NCBI GenBank assembly: GCA_027310185.1
Contig: DAIDBH010000014.1
Location: forward strand, 128,001 to 192,000
Length of the DNA: 64,000 nt
Origin: Thermoplasmatales archaeon
GTDB taxonomy: Archaea > Thermoplasmatota > Thermoplasmata > Thermoplasmatales > Thermoplasmataceae
Direction: 5' to 3'
Shown: positions 50,357 through 60,832 of the stretch, in pieces
Numbering within the stretch: position 1 is the first letter of the stretch
Layout: every line of letters starts with the position of its first letter
Program-made: the position numbers and the translations under genes
Notes under the pieces: model-generated
Databases searched by the model: none
Told to the model about the DNA's origin: nothing
Seen by the model: the letters and a program-made list of their open reading frames with translations, nothing else

Positions 50357-51148
50357 TTAAAGTTCAGTATCCATGAAGATGGTTACTGGAGCGTGATCTG
50401 AACCTTTCACATTATCCATTATGTCTGCTGAAATCATCTTTCCCTTAAGGGCAGCGGAAATAATGAAATAATCTATTCTCCATCCTATATTCTTTTCCCT
50501 TGCCCTTCCCATATAAGACCACCATGAGTACTTTACCTCATTCTGGTGAGTTATCCTGAAACTATCGATGAAACCATCACCAAGAAAATTGTCCATCCAT
50601 GTTCTCTCCTCAATTGTGAATCCTGCGTTCTTCTGGTTTTCCTTTGGCCTTGCAATATCTATCTCGGTGTGCGCAACGTTGAAATCCCCACATATTATGA
50701 CCGGCTTCCTCTTCTCCAGATCCTTTATCCATTCCTGAAATTCCCGGTTGAAATCAAGTTTATACTGAAGTCTTTCAAGATTCCTCCTTGAATTGGGGAA
50801 ATATGAGTTTACAAGGAAGAATTCCCTGAATTCCAGTGTAAGCAGCCTCCCTTCCCCATCATATTTCTGGCTTCCCATGCCTTTCATTACACTCAGTGGT
50901 TCCACCTTTGTCAGTGTGATCGTGCCGCTGTATCCCTTTTTTTCTGCTTCATTGATATACAATTTATATCCTGCCGAAAGTAGTTCAACGGGAAGGGATG
51001 ATCCCATTATCTTTGTTTCCTGCATACAGAGAACATCCGGTTTCACCGATTCTACAAAATCCATTAAACCATGGTCCATTGAAGCTCTAAGTCCATTTAC
51101 ATTCCATGAATATAATTTAACTACCATATTATCAGTTCCATTTTTCAA
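50357..51148 (-). CDS. xth: Exodeoxyribonuclease III / AP endonuclease
   Basis: SWNVNGLRA, QETK, GYSG, GDFNVAH, GWRIDY, SDHAP. Confidence 0.96.
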   Translation of the reverse strand: MKNGTDNMVVKLYSWNVNGLRASMDHGLMDFVESVKPDVLCMQETKIMGSSLPVELLSAGYKLYINEAEKKGYSGTITLTKVEPLSVMKGMGSQKYDGEGRLLTLEFREFFLVNSYFPNSRRNLERLQYKLDFNREFQEWIKDLEKRKPVIICGDFNVAHTEIDIARPKENQKNAGFTIEERTWMDNFLGDGFIDSFRITHQNEVKYSWWSYMGRAREKNIGWRIDYFIISAALKGKMISADIMDNVKGSDHAPVTIFMDTEL

Positions 51149-51226
51149 ATATATACTTCAGGAGGTATTAATAATATAACTTTTTAACCATCCTAGTCCT
51201 TCCCCAGAATCTGGTGTCGGGGTTAA

Positions 51227-52075
51227 ATGGATCTGTTTATTTTTTCTCTACCATTCCTTGTCCTTCTTCTCTGGACAGGCTCAAATTCGCTGATCAAGAA
51301 GGGCCTCAATGATCTTGGACCTGACAGAATATCTGTTTTTGTTGTGGGAATGGGACTGTTGCCTATCCTTGTTTTCGTTTTCCTTGATGGTGGCTGGCCA
51401 TTCAGTCCCGACGTTATATTATTAGGCGTATTTTCCGGTGTGTTTCTTGGCACAGGTTATTTACTGTTCTATCGTGGACTCGGTGTGGAATCTTTATCGA
51501 GTACGGGTGTAACTCTTAACGTACAGCAGATCATTGTTATTTTCATAGGAATTTTTTTCCTGAAGGAGGAGGTGAATTATTTTGAGTATGCAGGTATCCT
51601 GCTTATAATTCTTGGAGCTGTACTTGTTACGATTCAGAATGCTCCAGCCAAGAGAAAATTTTTGATAATAGCCGGGATTGCAAACGTATCATGGGGAATA
51701 TACTATCTACCACTTTCTGAATCTATCCTCCTGATTCACTACAGTGCCCTTCCCCTGTTTTTGGGGCGTTTAATTGGCTTTGCCTTTGTCCTGATCATAA
51801 GTTTGAATCTCAAGCATCCGCCTGAGAAAGCCCGGTTGAAAATTTCATCCATTTATGCTGGACTTCTGGCAGGGCTACTCGATGGACTGGGGAATGTGTT
51901 TTATTCATATTCTATCCAGCTTGGGGTATTCATCGTATCAGGTGCAATAGTTGCAATGATTCCTGCTACGCTTGCTGTTATAGGTTTCCTGTATTTCAAG
52001 GATAGAATGACTTCGTTGAAGCTGTCCGGCATTATTCTATCAGTTACCGGTGCACTGCTTATTTCTTTGCTCTAA
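51227..52075 (+). CDS. EamA/DMT family transporter
   Basis: About 10 TM segments in two repeats, FFLKEEV / YFKDRM. Confidence 0.88.
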   Translation: MDLFIFSLPFLVLLLWTGSNSLIKKGLNDLGPDRISVFVVGMGLLPILVFVFLDGGWPFSPDVILLGVFSGVFLGTGYLLFYRGLGVESLSSTGVTLNVQQIIVIFIGIFFLKEEVNYFEYAGILLIILGAVLVTIQNAPAKRKFLIIAGIANVSWGIYYLPLSESILLIHYSALPLFLGRLIGFAFVLIISLNLKHPPEKARLKISSIYAGLLAGLLDGLGNVFYSYSIQLGVFIVSGAIVAMIPATLAVIGFLYFKDRMTSLKLSGIILSVTGALLISLL

Positions 52076-52120
52076 ATTTTTCAGGAAAAAATTTATTTTC
52101 GATGTTATGCATGTGGCAAC

Positions 52121-52492
52121 ATGGAAAGGACAGTGATTGATTATAACAAGAATGATCATAAAATAACGGTAAAAACCATTGAAAAACATATCAAGGTGTC
52201 ATCTGATGGCGTGGTAATTGCAGAAACTGATGATGCTTTGATGTTGAGTGAGCAGGGACACGGAGATACTGTGTACATACCTGTAAGGGATGCAAAACTC
52301 AAGTATTTTAAGGAATCGCCAACAAAATCAAAGTGCCCATATAAGGGAACGGCTGATTACTATTCACTGAACATAAATGGAAATGAGAAGAAAGATGCCG
52401 TATGGCGATACATCAAGCCATCACTCGATTTTATCCCCATAAAAGATTACATGGCATTTGACCAGAACTCAATTGATAAGATAGAAATGTGA
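52121..52492 (+). CDS. DUF427 family protein
   Basis: IAET..AL.L.E, YIP..D, CPYKGTADYY, AVWRY..P. Confidence 0.92.
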   Translation: MERTVIDYNKNDHKITVKTIEKHIKVSSDGVVIAETDDALMLSEQGHGDTVYIPVRDAKLKYFKESPTKSKCPYKGTADYYSLNINGNEKKDAVWRYIKPSLDFIPIKDYMAFDQNSIDKIEM

Positions 52493-52517
52493 GAAAACAA
52501 AAACAAAATTTTAATTT

Positions 52518-53111
52518 TTAATTATTAGCGTATTTCTGTTTCCTGATCTCGTCAATGAGCCTGTTCAGGAGTTGCTTTATCAGATTTATGGCCATTTCAT
52601 CGACTAGATGACCATTTTCATCAAATTTTGTATGAGCAAAACTTATGAAGACCTCGGGCCTGTTTATGACCCTTGCATCCATGAACCCCATTACCTGTCT
52701 CAGGTGGTACTGTGCCCTTGAACCTCCCAGCATGCTTGGAGATGCACTCATTATTGCTCCAATCTTTTCTGTGAAGGGATTATCCTGTGGTGGTCTTGAG
52801 ATATAGTCCAGTGTGTTCTTGAGAAAACCCGGAATTGAAAAGTCATACTCTGGCGTTGCAATTATGAATCCATCTGCGTTCTTGATCTGGTTTCTGAATT
52901 TCCCGACAGGTTCTGGCTGGTTTTCATCAAGGTCCTGATTGTATAATGGGATATCCTTAATACTTACAATTTCCAGTTCGGCACCTTCTGGCATCAATCT
53001 CTGGCATTCCTTTAAAAGCTTCATGTTAAAGGAATCCTTCCTGAGACTACCACCGAATCCTGTTATCCTGACTGTCTGGCTACCTGTGACCATAAGCCCT
53101 GAAAGTAACAA
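52518..53111 (-). CDS. NAD(P)H-dependent FMN reductase (ChrR-like)
   Basis: GSLRKDSFN, IPLYNQD, TPEYD.SIPG.LKN.LD, GGSRAQYHLRQ. Confidence 0.93.
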   Translation of the reverse strand: MLLSGLMVTGSQTVRITGFGGSLRKDSFNMKLLKECQRLMPEGAELEIVSIKDIPLYNQDLDENQPEPVGKFRNQIKNADGFIIATPEYDFSIPGFLKNTLDYISRPPQDNPFTEKIGAIMSASPSMLGGSRAQYHLRQVMGFMDARVINRPEVFISFAHTKFDENGHLVDEMAINLIKQLLNRLIDEIRKQKYANN

Positions 53112-53209
53112 CCCTATACAACGTTTTTTAATTTTTCAGAATGGTAAACCGGAAAATGATAAATTATCAAAACCACTTTATATGTTATAATATTTACTTA
53201 TTGATTATC

Positions 53210-54994
53210 ATGGTAAAGTACAAGTGGGTTGCCCTGTCAAACACAACCCTGGGCGTACTGATGGCCAGCATAAACGGTACGATAATTCTGATTTCACTAC
53301 CTGCAATCCTAGGACCTAAAGGAATAGATGTAAACCCTTTTGCTCCTGGAACTTTTATCTACCTCATCTGGCTCATAATGGGCTATAACATCATAACTGC
53401 TGTAATACTCCTGACAATAGGTAGGTTTTCAGATATATACGGGAGAACAAGATTGTTCAACTGGGGATTTGTAATTTTCACTGTTGGTTCTATTCTGTTG
53501 TTCCTGACTCCGGGTAAAGGCAATACCGGTGCCATAGAACTTATTGCCTTCAGGCTTGTTCAGGGCCTGGGTGCGGCTTTCCTCTTTGCAAATAGCACTG
53601 CAATTCTCACAGATGCCTTCCCTGTGAAAGAGAGGGGAAAGGCACTTGGCTTGAATCAGGTTGCAGCGCTGGGAGGATCATTCATAGGTCTCATACTTGG
53701 TGGAATTCTTTCAGTCTTCAACTGGAGATATGTGTTCCTTGTCAGTGTACCGGTGGGTATCTTCGGAAGTGTATGGTCTCTCCTCAAACTGAAAGATAAC
53801 TCCATAAGGGATAAAACACAGAGAGTTGACTATGTGGGCAACATAGTTTTTGGAAGTGGTCTGACCATATTTCTGCTGGCATTGACCTATGGTCTTCTTC
53901 CCTATGGAACGAGTGTAATGGGATGGGGTAATCCATGGGTCATAGCAGGGATGATTTCAGGTGCAATTCTCCTCATAGCGTTTCCATTTGTTGAGATCAA
54001 GGTCAGCCAGCCTATGTTCAGGATGTCACTTTTCAGGATAAGGGCCTTTGTTTTTGGAAACTTTGCATCATTTCTGGGTTCTCTTGGAAGGGGTGGTCTT
54101 ATGTTCATGCTGATCATTCTCCTTCAGGGGGTCTGGCTTCCCCTGCATGGGTACTCATATTCATCTACACCTTTCTGGGCAGGTATTTACATGATTCCAA
54201 TGACACTGGGGTTCCTTACAATGGGACCCCTTGGTGGTGCTCTTTCTGACAGGTACGGAGCAAGAGGTATTGCAACCATAGGAATGAGCATAGTTGCAGT
54301 ATCCTTCCTGATCCTCACCTTCTTCTCCTATAACTTCACGTACCTCCCATTTGGGGCCACAATATACATGCTTGGTTTCGGGAGTGGCATGTTTGCAGCA
54401 CCTAACACTGCAGCCATCATGAACTCTGTTTCAGCAGAAAACAGGGGAATTTCATCAGGAATGGTGGCTACCGTGAGAAATGTTGCCCAGACAGCAAGTA
54501 TGGGAATATTTTTCACAATAGTCATACTTGCACTCTCTACCAATCTACCTCATTATTTCAATATCGCTCTCACATCAGCCAACGCCTCCGGACTATCCAC
54601 CTATTTAGACAAAATACCCCCAACCTCTGCCATTTTTTCGGCGTTCCTTGGTTACAACCCAATGCAGACAATTCTCAGCCAGATTCCATCTTCCTATCTG
54701 AGCTCACTTAACCTGAGCAGCACTACTATTGCAACACTTGAAAGTAACACATGGTTCCCGCTTGCCCTTGCTCCAGCGGTGATGAACTCGCTCAGAGACT
54801 CGTTCTATATAGGCGCAGCCCTTTCAGTGGTTGCAGCAATTTTATCTTTATTAAGGGGAAAGAAATATTACCACCCGGGTGGAGAAAGTCATAATGACCC
54901 TGATAGCGAAAATGTCCAGAAAGGGAAGCAGGAAATGAATATAGAAATTGACAAGGGAGAAATGAAAGGGAAAGAGGTATCAAAAAATGAGTGA
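53210..54994 (+). CDS. 14-TM MFS transporter (DHA2/EmrB-like)
   Basis: GRFSDIYGR, FRLVQGLG, FPVKERGKALG, WRYVF; ATG at 53210 preferred. Confidence 0.92.
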   Translation: MVKYKWVALSNTTLGVLMASINGTIILISLPAILGPKGIDVNPFAPGTFIYLIWLIMGYNIITAVILLTIGRFSDIYGRTRLFNWGFVIFTVGSILLFLTPGKGNTGAIELIAFRLVQGLGAAFLFANSTAILTDAFPVKERGKALGLNQVAALGGSFIGLILGGILSVFNWRYVFLVSVPVGIFGSVWSLLKLKDNSIRDKTQRVDYVGNIVFGSGLTIFLLALTYGLLPYGTSVMGWGNPWVIAGMISGAILLIAFPFVEIKVSQPMFRMSLFRIRAFVFGNFASFLGSLGRGGLMFMLIILLQGVWLPLHGYSYSSTPFWAGIYMIPMTLGFLTMGPLGGALSDRYGARGIATIGMSIVAVSFLILTFFSYNFTYLPFGATIYMLGFGSGMFAAPNTAAIMNSVSAENRGISSGMVATVRNVAQTASMGIFFTIVILALSTNLPHYFNIALTSANASGLSTYLDKIPPTSAIFSAFLGYNPMQTILSQIPSSYLSSLNLSSTTIATLESNTWFPLALAPAVMNSLRDSFYIGAALSVVAAILSLLRGKKYYHPGGESHNDPDSENVQKGKQEMNIEIDKGEMKGKEVSKNE

Positions 54995-55445
54995 AGAGAG
55001 AGAACCGATAGAAGTATGGAGAGCTATGGTTGAAACCTGGAAGGTCTGGAAGAAGGGCGTGGACAAGAATCTGGAAAGGATAAATCTTGGAAGCACTGAA
55101 TATTCAATACTCAGGTATCTTACTGAGGAGGGGAGCATGCCCATGGTTCAGATGGCCAACAATATAATGGTCACCCAGGGATGGATCACAGGCCTCATCG
55201 ATTCAATGGAGGGCCGAAAACTCGTTGAGAGAACAAGAAGCAGGGATGACAGGAGAGTCATAGAACTCAATATAACGAAAGAGGGCAGCAAGGTGTTTGA
55301 AAGAGCTAAAAAGGTTCATCTTGAATATATAGAGAACTGCATCAAGCACATGGACGATGAGACTGTAAACTCTACGGTTAAATTATTAAAGGACCTGAGA
55401 ACAAATGTAGAGAATGCAGAAATGCCAGAAATTAAATTAGAGTAA
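54987..55445 (+). CDS. MarR-family transcriptional regulator
   Basis: VERTRSRDDRRVIELNITKEG; overlaps the end of the MFS gene. Confidence 0.92.
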   Translation: MSEEREPIEVWRAMVETWKVWKKGVDKNLERINLGSTEYSILRYLTEEGSMPMVQMANNIMVTQGWITGLIDSMEGRKLVERTRSRDDRRVIELNITKEGSKVFERAKKVHLEYIENCIKHMDDETVNSTVKLLKDLRTNVENAEMPEIKLE

Positions 55446-55539
55446 ACAGAACCACCATTCTGCCAAGGCATGTTCCAGATAGAGAATCTCTAATTCAGTA
55501 ATATTTATATTTGAACTCTCGATCATATAACTGGTACCC

Positions 55540-55878
55540 ATGGGCTTATTATCACTTCGCAGGAACAGGACAAAAAGCGCGGTTATCAATCTTGAGTCTG
55601 AGAATGACAGAATAGAGCCCTACATGGTTAGGGTTCTTGAAAGAGATCAGGAAAGGAGGGCCATGGATTATGAAAAGCACAGTTCAATGGCATATGAGTA
55701 TGTCTCCAGCAGCCTTATTCTGGCCGAAGTGTATGCCAAAACAGGAAGAATAGATGAGGCAAGGAAACTTGCTGAATCTTCTAAAAGTGAGATTGACAAA
55801 ATTGAAAACATGGACAAGAAGAACACCATGGAGACCCTGTATGGAAAAGTGATCCAGAGAATTGAACGGGTTGACTGA
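55540..55878 (+). CDS. Hypothetical helical (TPR-like) protein
   Basis: LAEVYAKTGRIDEARKL; TATA-like TTTATA about 30 nt upstream. Confidence 0.65.
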   Translation: MGLLSLRRNRTKSAVINLESENDRIEPYMVRVLERDQERRAMDYEKHSSMAYEYVSSSLILAEVYAKTGRIDEARKLAESSKSEIDKIENMDKKNTMETLYGKVIQRIERVD

Positions 55879-56152
55879 TTTTTAATGCTCAAATTTTGCT
55901 GAATTCTCACGCAATTATTTGTAAGGCTGATTTCCATTACGTTGTATATCTGTTGATAAAAATATATTCCGGGAATATGACAGAACTGACTGAAAATATA
56001 ATTGTATATCTTTACAGGTGGTAAAATATGAAAATTCTTATTCGCTTTAGCAGCCATAATTTGCTCCTGATCCAGATTTTTTCTCATCGATACCAAGGCG
56101 AATAATTAAGTAAAATGATTCATATATTACATGTATAAAAAAGAGTGAAGAA

Positions 56153-57547
56153 ATGGTATCTAAAAAAGTTGTAAATCAGAAAGTAAGGGCACATAACATG
56201 CAATATGGAAGGGGTCACAACAGATTTCTTGATAATGATGTTCCAAAATATGTATTTCCAGAAGGAAAAATGGAACCAAGAGCGGCATATCAGCTGATTC
56301 ATGATGAACTGAATCTTGATGGAAATCCAGATCTAAACCTGGCAACGTTTGTCACCACCTGGATGGAACCTGAGGCTGATAAATTGATAATGGAAAATCT
56401 GCATAAGAATTTCATCGATCACTTTGAATACCCACAAGTAAAGGATATAGAAGAGAGGATTGTGAACATAATGGCCAATCTATATAACGTTCCAGATAAG
56501 GACGATTTTATCGGGACTTCAACAATAGGTTCATCAGAGGCAATAATGCTGGGATTACTTGCCCACAAGTGGAACTGGAAGCAGAAGAGAATGAAGGAAA
56601 ATAAGCCCACTGACAGGCCAAATATAGTGTTTGGTGGTGATACCCATGTTTCATGGGACAAATTTGCACGATATTTTGATGTTGAACCCAGGGTAGTTCC
56701 AATTGCCAGGGATCATTTCACCATAAGACCTGAAGATGTTAGGGAAAAGATAGACGAGAATACAATAGCCGTTGGAGTTGTCCTTGGTACCACCTTTACT
56801 GGGGAATTTGATCCTGTTGTCGAAATAAACCAGATGCTGCTTGACCTGAAAAAGACTAAAGGACTGGATATACCCATACATGTTGATGCAGCAAGTGCAG
56901 GATATATCACGCCGTTCTATGAACCGGATTTCAAATGGGATTTCAGGCTTGAGCAGGTTAAATCTATCAACACATCAGGTCATAAATTCGGTCTTGTGTA
57001 TCCTGGACTGGGATGGCTCATCTTCAGGAATGAGCACCTCCTGCCTGAGGAGCTAAAGTTTTATGTGAACTATCTTGGTGACGAGATGCCTACCTACACA
57101 CTCAATTTCTCGGAAGGAAGTTCAATGGTAGTTGCTCAGTATTACAACATTCTGAGACTTGGCAGGAAAGGTTATGGCGAAATCGTAAGGAAGATGATGA
57201 ACAATGCAAACTATCTTGCAGAAAGACTTACAGCTAGTGGTGAATTTGAGGTTATAAATGGAGCAAAACATATTCCTGTGGTTACATTTAAGCTAAAGAA
57301 CATGGATAGTTCGAAGGCATTTGACCTCTCTTACAAGATAAGGGAGAGAGGATGGATTGTTCCTGCTTATTCCCTGCCGCCAAATGCACAAGATACAACA
57401 ATAATGAGGGTTGTTGTGAGGGAAAACTTCACTGCCGACATGGTGGATATATTTGTTGAGGATATCCTAAATGCAAAGAAAGCGATCACCAACGGGCTAT
57501 CCATTGGAAAACAGACAGATCCGAGAAAGGGTCATTCAGTTTCATGA
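56153..57547 (+). CDS. gadB: Glutamate decarboxylase
   Basis: LDGNP.LNLATFVTTWME, STIGSSEA, HVDAASAG, SINTSGHKFGLVYPG. Confidence 0.95.
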   Translation: MVSKKVVNQKVRAHNMQYGRGHNRFLDNDVPKYVFPEGKMEPRAAYQLIHDELNLDGNPDLNLATFVTTWMEPEADKLIMENLHKNFIDHFEYPQVKDIEERIVNIMANLYNVPDKDDFIGTSTIGSSEAIMLGLLAHKWNWKQKRMKENKPTDRPNIVFGGDTHVSWDKFARYFDVEPRVVPIARDHFTIRPEDVREKIDENTIAVGVVLGTTFTGEFDPVVEINQMLLDLKKTKGLDIPIHVDAASAGYITPFYEPDFKWDFRLEQVKSINTSGHKFGLVYPGLGWLIFRNEHLLPEELKFYVNYLGDEMPTYTLNFSEGSSMVVAQYYNILRLGRKGYGEIVRKMMNNANYLAERLTASGEFEVINGAKHIPVVTFKLKNMDSSKAFDLSYKIRERGWIVPAYSLPPNAQDTTIMRVVVRENFTADMVDIFVEDILNAKKAITNGLSIGKQTDPRKGHSVS

Positions 57548-57575
57548 TCTGTGTAATAAGTCCCTAATCCTATTT

Positions 57576-57794
57576 TCAGTTCATTAATTTTCTAACATAA
57601 TAATTATTGAACAGGTACACAATGCCAAAAATGACCGCGGTCATTATGGTTGCTATTATGCCACCATCAATTAAGGATGAATCCACTGGCCTGTTGAACA
57701 GGAAGTAAGCTGCAGGGCCAAAGGCAATGAAGTAGCATACCCACATAACTGCTATCATTTTTATGCTCTTTTTTCTGCTGAGTGAGGGTGACAT
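57576..57794 (-). CDS. Small two-TM membrane protein
   Basis: 72 aa with two hydrophobic helices and an upstream TTATAA. Confidence 0.6.
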   Translation of the reverse strand: MSPSLSRKKSIKMIAVMWVCYFIAFGPAAYFLFNRPVDSSLIDGGIIATIMTAVIFGIVYLFNNYYVRKLMN

Positions 57795-57896
57795 CTACAG
57801 CCTGAGTATTGGAGAGTTTTACTTATAACTTTCCTGGACATGTGTGTAAAATATTATTTGACAATATGTTTTAATAAACACAGGATATACTTACTT

Positions 57897-58361
57897 ATGA
57901 CATTAAACGTTGGAGAAACAGCTCCTGATTTTGAAGGAATCACAGACAGTGGCGAAAAGGTTAAATTCTCGGATATTGGAGGAAAGGGCAATGTTGTCCT
58001 GTACTTCTATCCGAAGGATGAAACACCTGGATGCACTGCTGAGGCATGCGCATTCAGGGATGAATGGGACGAATTCGAGAAAATGAATGCGAAGGTAATA
58101 GGTATTAGTTCGGACTCTCCTGAATCCCACAAAAAGTTCAAGGAACACAGGAAATTACCATTCATGCTAATAAGTGACCCTGGCCAGAAAATCAGGGAAA
58201 TGTATGGTGCAAAGGGAAGGTTCATACCACCGAGGATATCGTTCGTCATAATTGATGGGAAGATAGTTAATGTTTATAATTCACAGATGAACGCAACCAA
58301 TCATGTAAAAATTGCAAGGGAAGTCCTTTCAAAAATTGGTAATGAGAAAACCAATCAGTGA
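57897..58361 (+). CDS. bcp: Peroxiredoxin Bcp/PrxQ
   Basis: APDF, YFYPKDETPGCTAEACAFRD; ATG at 57897 preferred. Confidence 0.95.
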   Translation: MTLNVGETAPDFEGITDSGEKVKFSDIGGKGNVVLYFYPKDETPGCTAEACAFRDEWDEFEKMNAKVIGISSDSPESHKKFKEHRKLPFMLISDPGQKIREMYGAKGRFIPPRISFVIIDGKIVNVYNSQMNATNHVKIAREVLSKIGNEKTNQ

Positions 58362-60121
58362 TTCAGAAGGTACCTATCAAACCATTCCTTCTTTCTCTGC
58401 AGTCTGTCGATCATGTTATCGGGCTTTCCTGCCCTTGCATGTTCATGACTGTCTCCCTGGTACCTGATCAGTTCCGTGTCAATACCATTCATTTTCAGGC
58501 CAACAAACATCTGCTCTGACTGCTCTATTGGGCATCTATAATCATTCTCTCCATGTATGAACATTGTTGGGGTCCTTGCCTTTTTTATGCCGGTTATTGG
58601 CGAGTTTTCCAGTAGTTTTGTAATGGATTCGGGTGCCCATGGATCTTCCACCTTCATATACATGGCGTTGAACCAGAACCCAATGTCACTTGTTCCGCAC
58701 ATGCTCATGAGGTTTGAAACACATCTTTCACTGATGCCCACCTTGAAGAAGTCTGAGTGCGTGATCATCCAGTTTGTCATGTACCCGCCGTATGATCCAC
58801 CTGTTATGCCAAACTGCCCGGTAAGATCATATTTCTTCTTAGCAGCCTCGATGAAGTTGAAAATGTCCTCTGCCGGTCCCTTTCCCCAGTCCTCCACGCA
58901 TGCCGCAGCGAATTCTGAGCCATAGCTTGAACTTCCCCTGGGATTGCAGAACAGTATATTATATCCGTTTCTCAAGAAGTACTGAAATTCAATCATGTAT
59001 GACTCTCCATATGCATCATGTGGGCCACCGTGAACAAACACCAGGTTGGGGCTATTTCTTCCTGCAATCATGCACCATCCCTCCACTTCACCAACCTTCA
59101 TTTCTTCAGCTGCCTCTCCGGACATTCCACCATTAGGATCATATTCCTTGCCATCGAATACCAGAATCGATGGCTTAGTCTGGGAACTATAAATATACGC
59201 AATTTTCTTATCCCTTACATCAAAGCACTGAACTACGAACTTCCCTTTTACAACCTCCCTTACACTGGAATCCTCTATGGAATATATGGATGATATGCCT
59301 CCATTTTCCCCAGGGGCGTATACTGTACCATATTCACATATTAGATTTTCATCTGTACCCTGAAAGTGATCTGATATGGATGAGCCATTCCCTGAATGCT
59401 TTCCTAGAAGTACATGTTTATTCACTGGTAAATACAGATATTTTGTTGCCCATGGAGTCCTTCCTTCACTGTGGCCAATGTATACAACTTCATCATTTCC
59501 ATCAAATGCCATGGTTGACACCTGATCTTCGTTTATCTTGCTTAGGTGACCGTCCTTGACATCAACTTCGTACATATTTGTCAGGCCCTCGTCATTATTC
59601 ATGAATGAAATCATGGCAATTACCCTGTCATTGTTGGAAATGACATCCGATACGTCAAAATCTCCCGATACAATCTTTGTTAACTTTTCATTGAATAGAT
59701 AGAGATTTTTTCTCTGCCTGATGAAGCCTCTTGTGTCGAATCTGTAGTTCAGCCTCTTTGCGACAACTGGAAGATCATTATTTGATTCCTCTGAACCTAT
59801 AACTAGGAATCCATCTCCGTGCCTGACAACCTTGTTGATTTTTGCCATGCTGAATAAAGTAAATGGTTCGGTGTTGCCCTTAATCCGGACAAAATGATTG
59901 ATCTTTTCTTCCGATTTTACATAATACAGGTTATCATCAATAATCATTGGGTGGCTTTCCTTCCCTTCGAAAGTTGCTCTTTCCACTTTTCCATTTTCAA
60001 ACTTAAAAATTGATGTCTTATATTCATTGCCCTCGATCCACTTTTCCGTAAAGTATACCGTATCTCTGTAAATCACTGGCTCTGACAAAAACTTCACACC
60101 ATATGCTTCTCTGGCATCCAT
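58355..60121 (-). CDS. S9 family acylaminoacyl/prolyl oligopeptidase
   Basis: VHGGPH, NPRGS, GGSYGG, HGENDYRCP, DSHE. Confidence 0.94.
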   Translation of the reverse strand: MDAREAYGVKFLSEPVIYRDTVYFTEKWIEGNEYKTSIFKFENGKVERATFEGKESHPMIIDDNLYYVKSEEKINHFVRIKGNTEPFTLFSMAKINKVVRHGDGFLVIGSEESNNDLPVVAKRLNYRFDTRGFIRQRKNLYLFNEKLTKIVSGDFDVSDVISNNDRVIAMISFMNNDEGLTNMYEVDVKDGHLSKINEDQVSTMAFDGNDEVVYIGHSEGRTPWATKYLYLPVNKHVLLGKHSGNGSSISDHFQGTDENLICEYGTVYAPGENGGISSIYSIEDSSVREVVKGKFVVQCFDVRDKKIAYIYSSQTKPSILVFDGKEYDPNGGMSGEAAEEMKVGEVEGWCMIAGRNSPNLVFVHGGPHDAYGESYMIEFQYFLRNGYNILFCNPRGSSSYGSEFAAACVEDWGKGPAEDIFNFIEAAKKKYDLTGQFGITGGSYGGYMTNWMITHSDFFKVGISERCVSNLMSMCGTSDIGFWFNAMYMKVEDPWAPESITKLLENSPITGIKKARTPTMFIHGENDYRCPIEQSEQMFVGLKMNGIDTELIRYQGDSHEHARAGKPDNMIDRLQRKKEWFDRYLLNH

Positions 60122-60416
60122 TTTGCAATAGCGAAATCTACCTTAAGAAATTTACTGAAACTATGGCACTGTCCACTGGCAGGCAGGAGTGAACGGGATC
60201 AGATCTCATACAGCTATATTTGCACATATTCCAGCAGGACAGATGACGTTTACGCATCACGGAAAGTCATCAGATCTGAAAGAACTAAAGTTAGTTAAGG
60301 CTATACCAGAAGATTATAAAAGCTGTAAGTTTCCCTGGAAAAATGCAATTGGAGGTTATCTCTTTCTAATCTTATAAGAAATTATCAATTACTGTAATTC
60401 CATTATGGAATTGCAA

Positions 60417-60746
60417 CTAATGTGTTGCAACTGTCAGTTCATTCAGCTTTCCGTTGATAAAATTGCTGAGACCCCCCTCAACTGTTAATCCTTCTCCAAG
60501 ATAAAGCTTGATCCTGCCATTTGTGTATGTAAATGCATGAGCTCCAACACCAGATACTATAACTGATGTAACACCACGATCGACAATGGATTTCAGCATC
60601 ATAATTCCTTTTGCAGATTTCGCTGTTAATGCTGGATTGGCATATGATTCTACCAGTTCATTGTTATCAGTATTGTAAATTCTTATCTCTTCAGCTTCTC
60701 CAGGACCGCTGATCATTCCCCTGTCAACTGCTATTGCGAGTTTCAT
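60417..60746 (-). CDS. NifB/NifX-family (FeMo-cofactor-binding fold) protein
   Basis: MKLAIAVD, ANPA, VIVSGVGAHA. Confidence 0.8.
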   Translation of the reverse strand: MKLAIAVDRGMISGPGEAEEIRIYNTDNNELVESYANPALTAKSAKGIMMLKSIVDRGVTSVIVSGVGAHAFTYTNGRIKLYLGEGLTVEGGLSNFINGKLNELTVATH

Positions 60747-60832
60747 TTATGTATATTGCCAGAGAAGTCATAAATTTTTGTAAAATATGAGAAAACCTGA
60801 TATTTATAGTTACAGGATGAGTTTTTTATCAA

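Noticed and set aside
60189-60377. 62-aa ORF in the gap between the S9 peptidase and NifX-like genes
   Set aside because: GTG start, no recognisable motif and no RBS; it cannot be supported.
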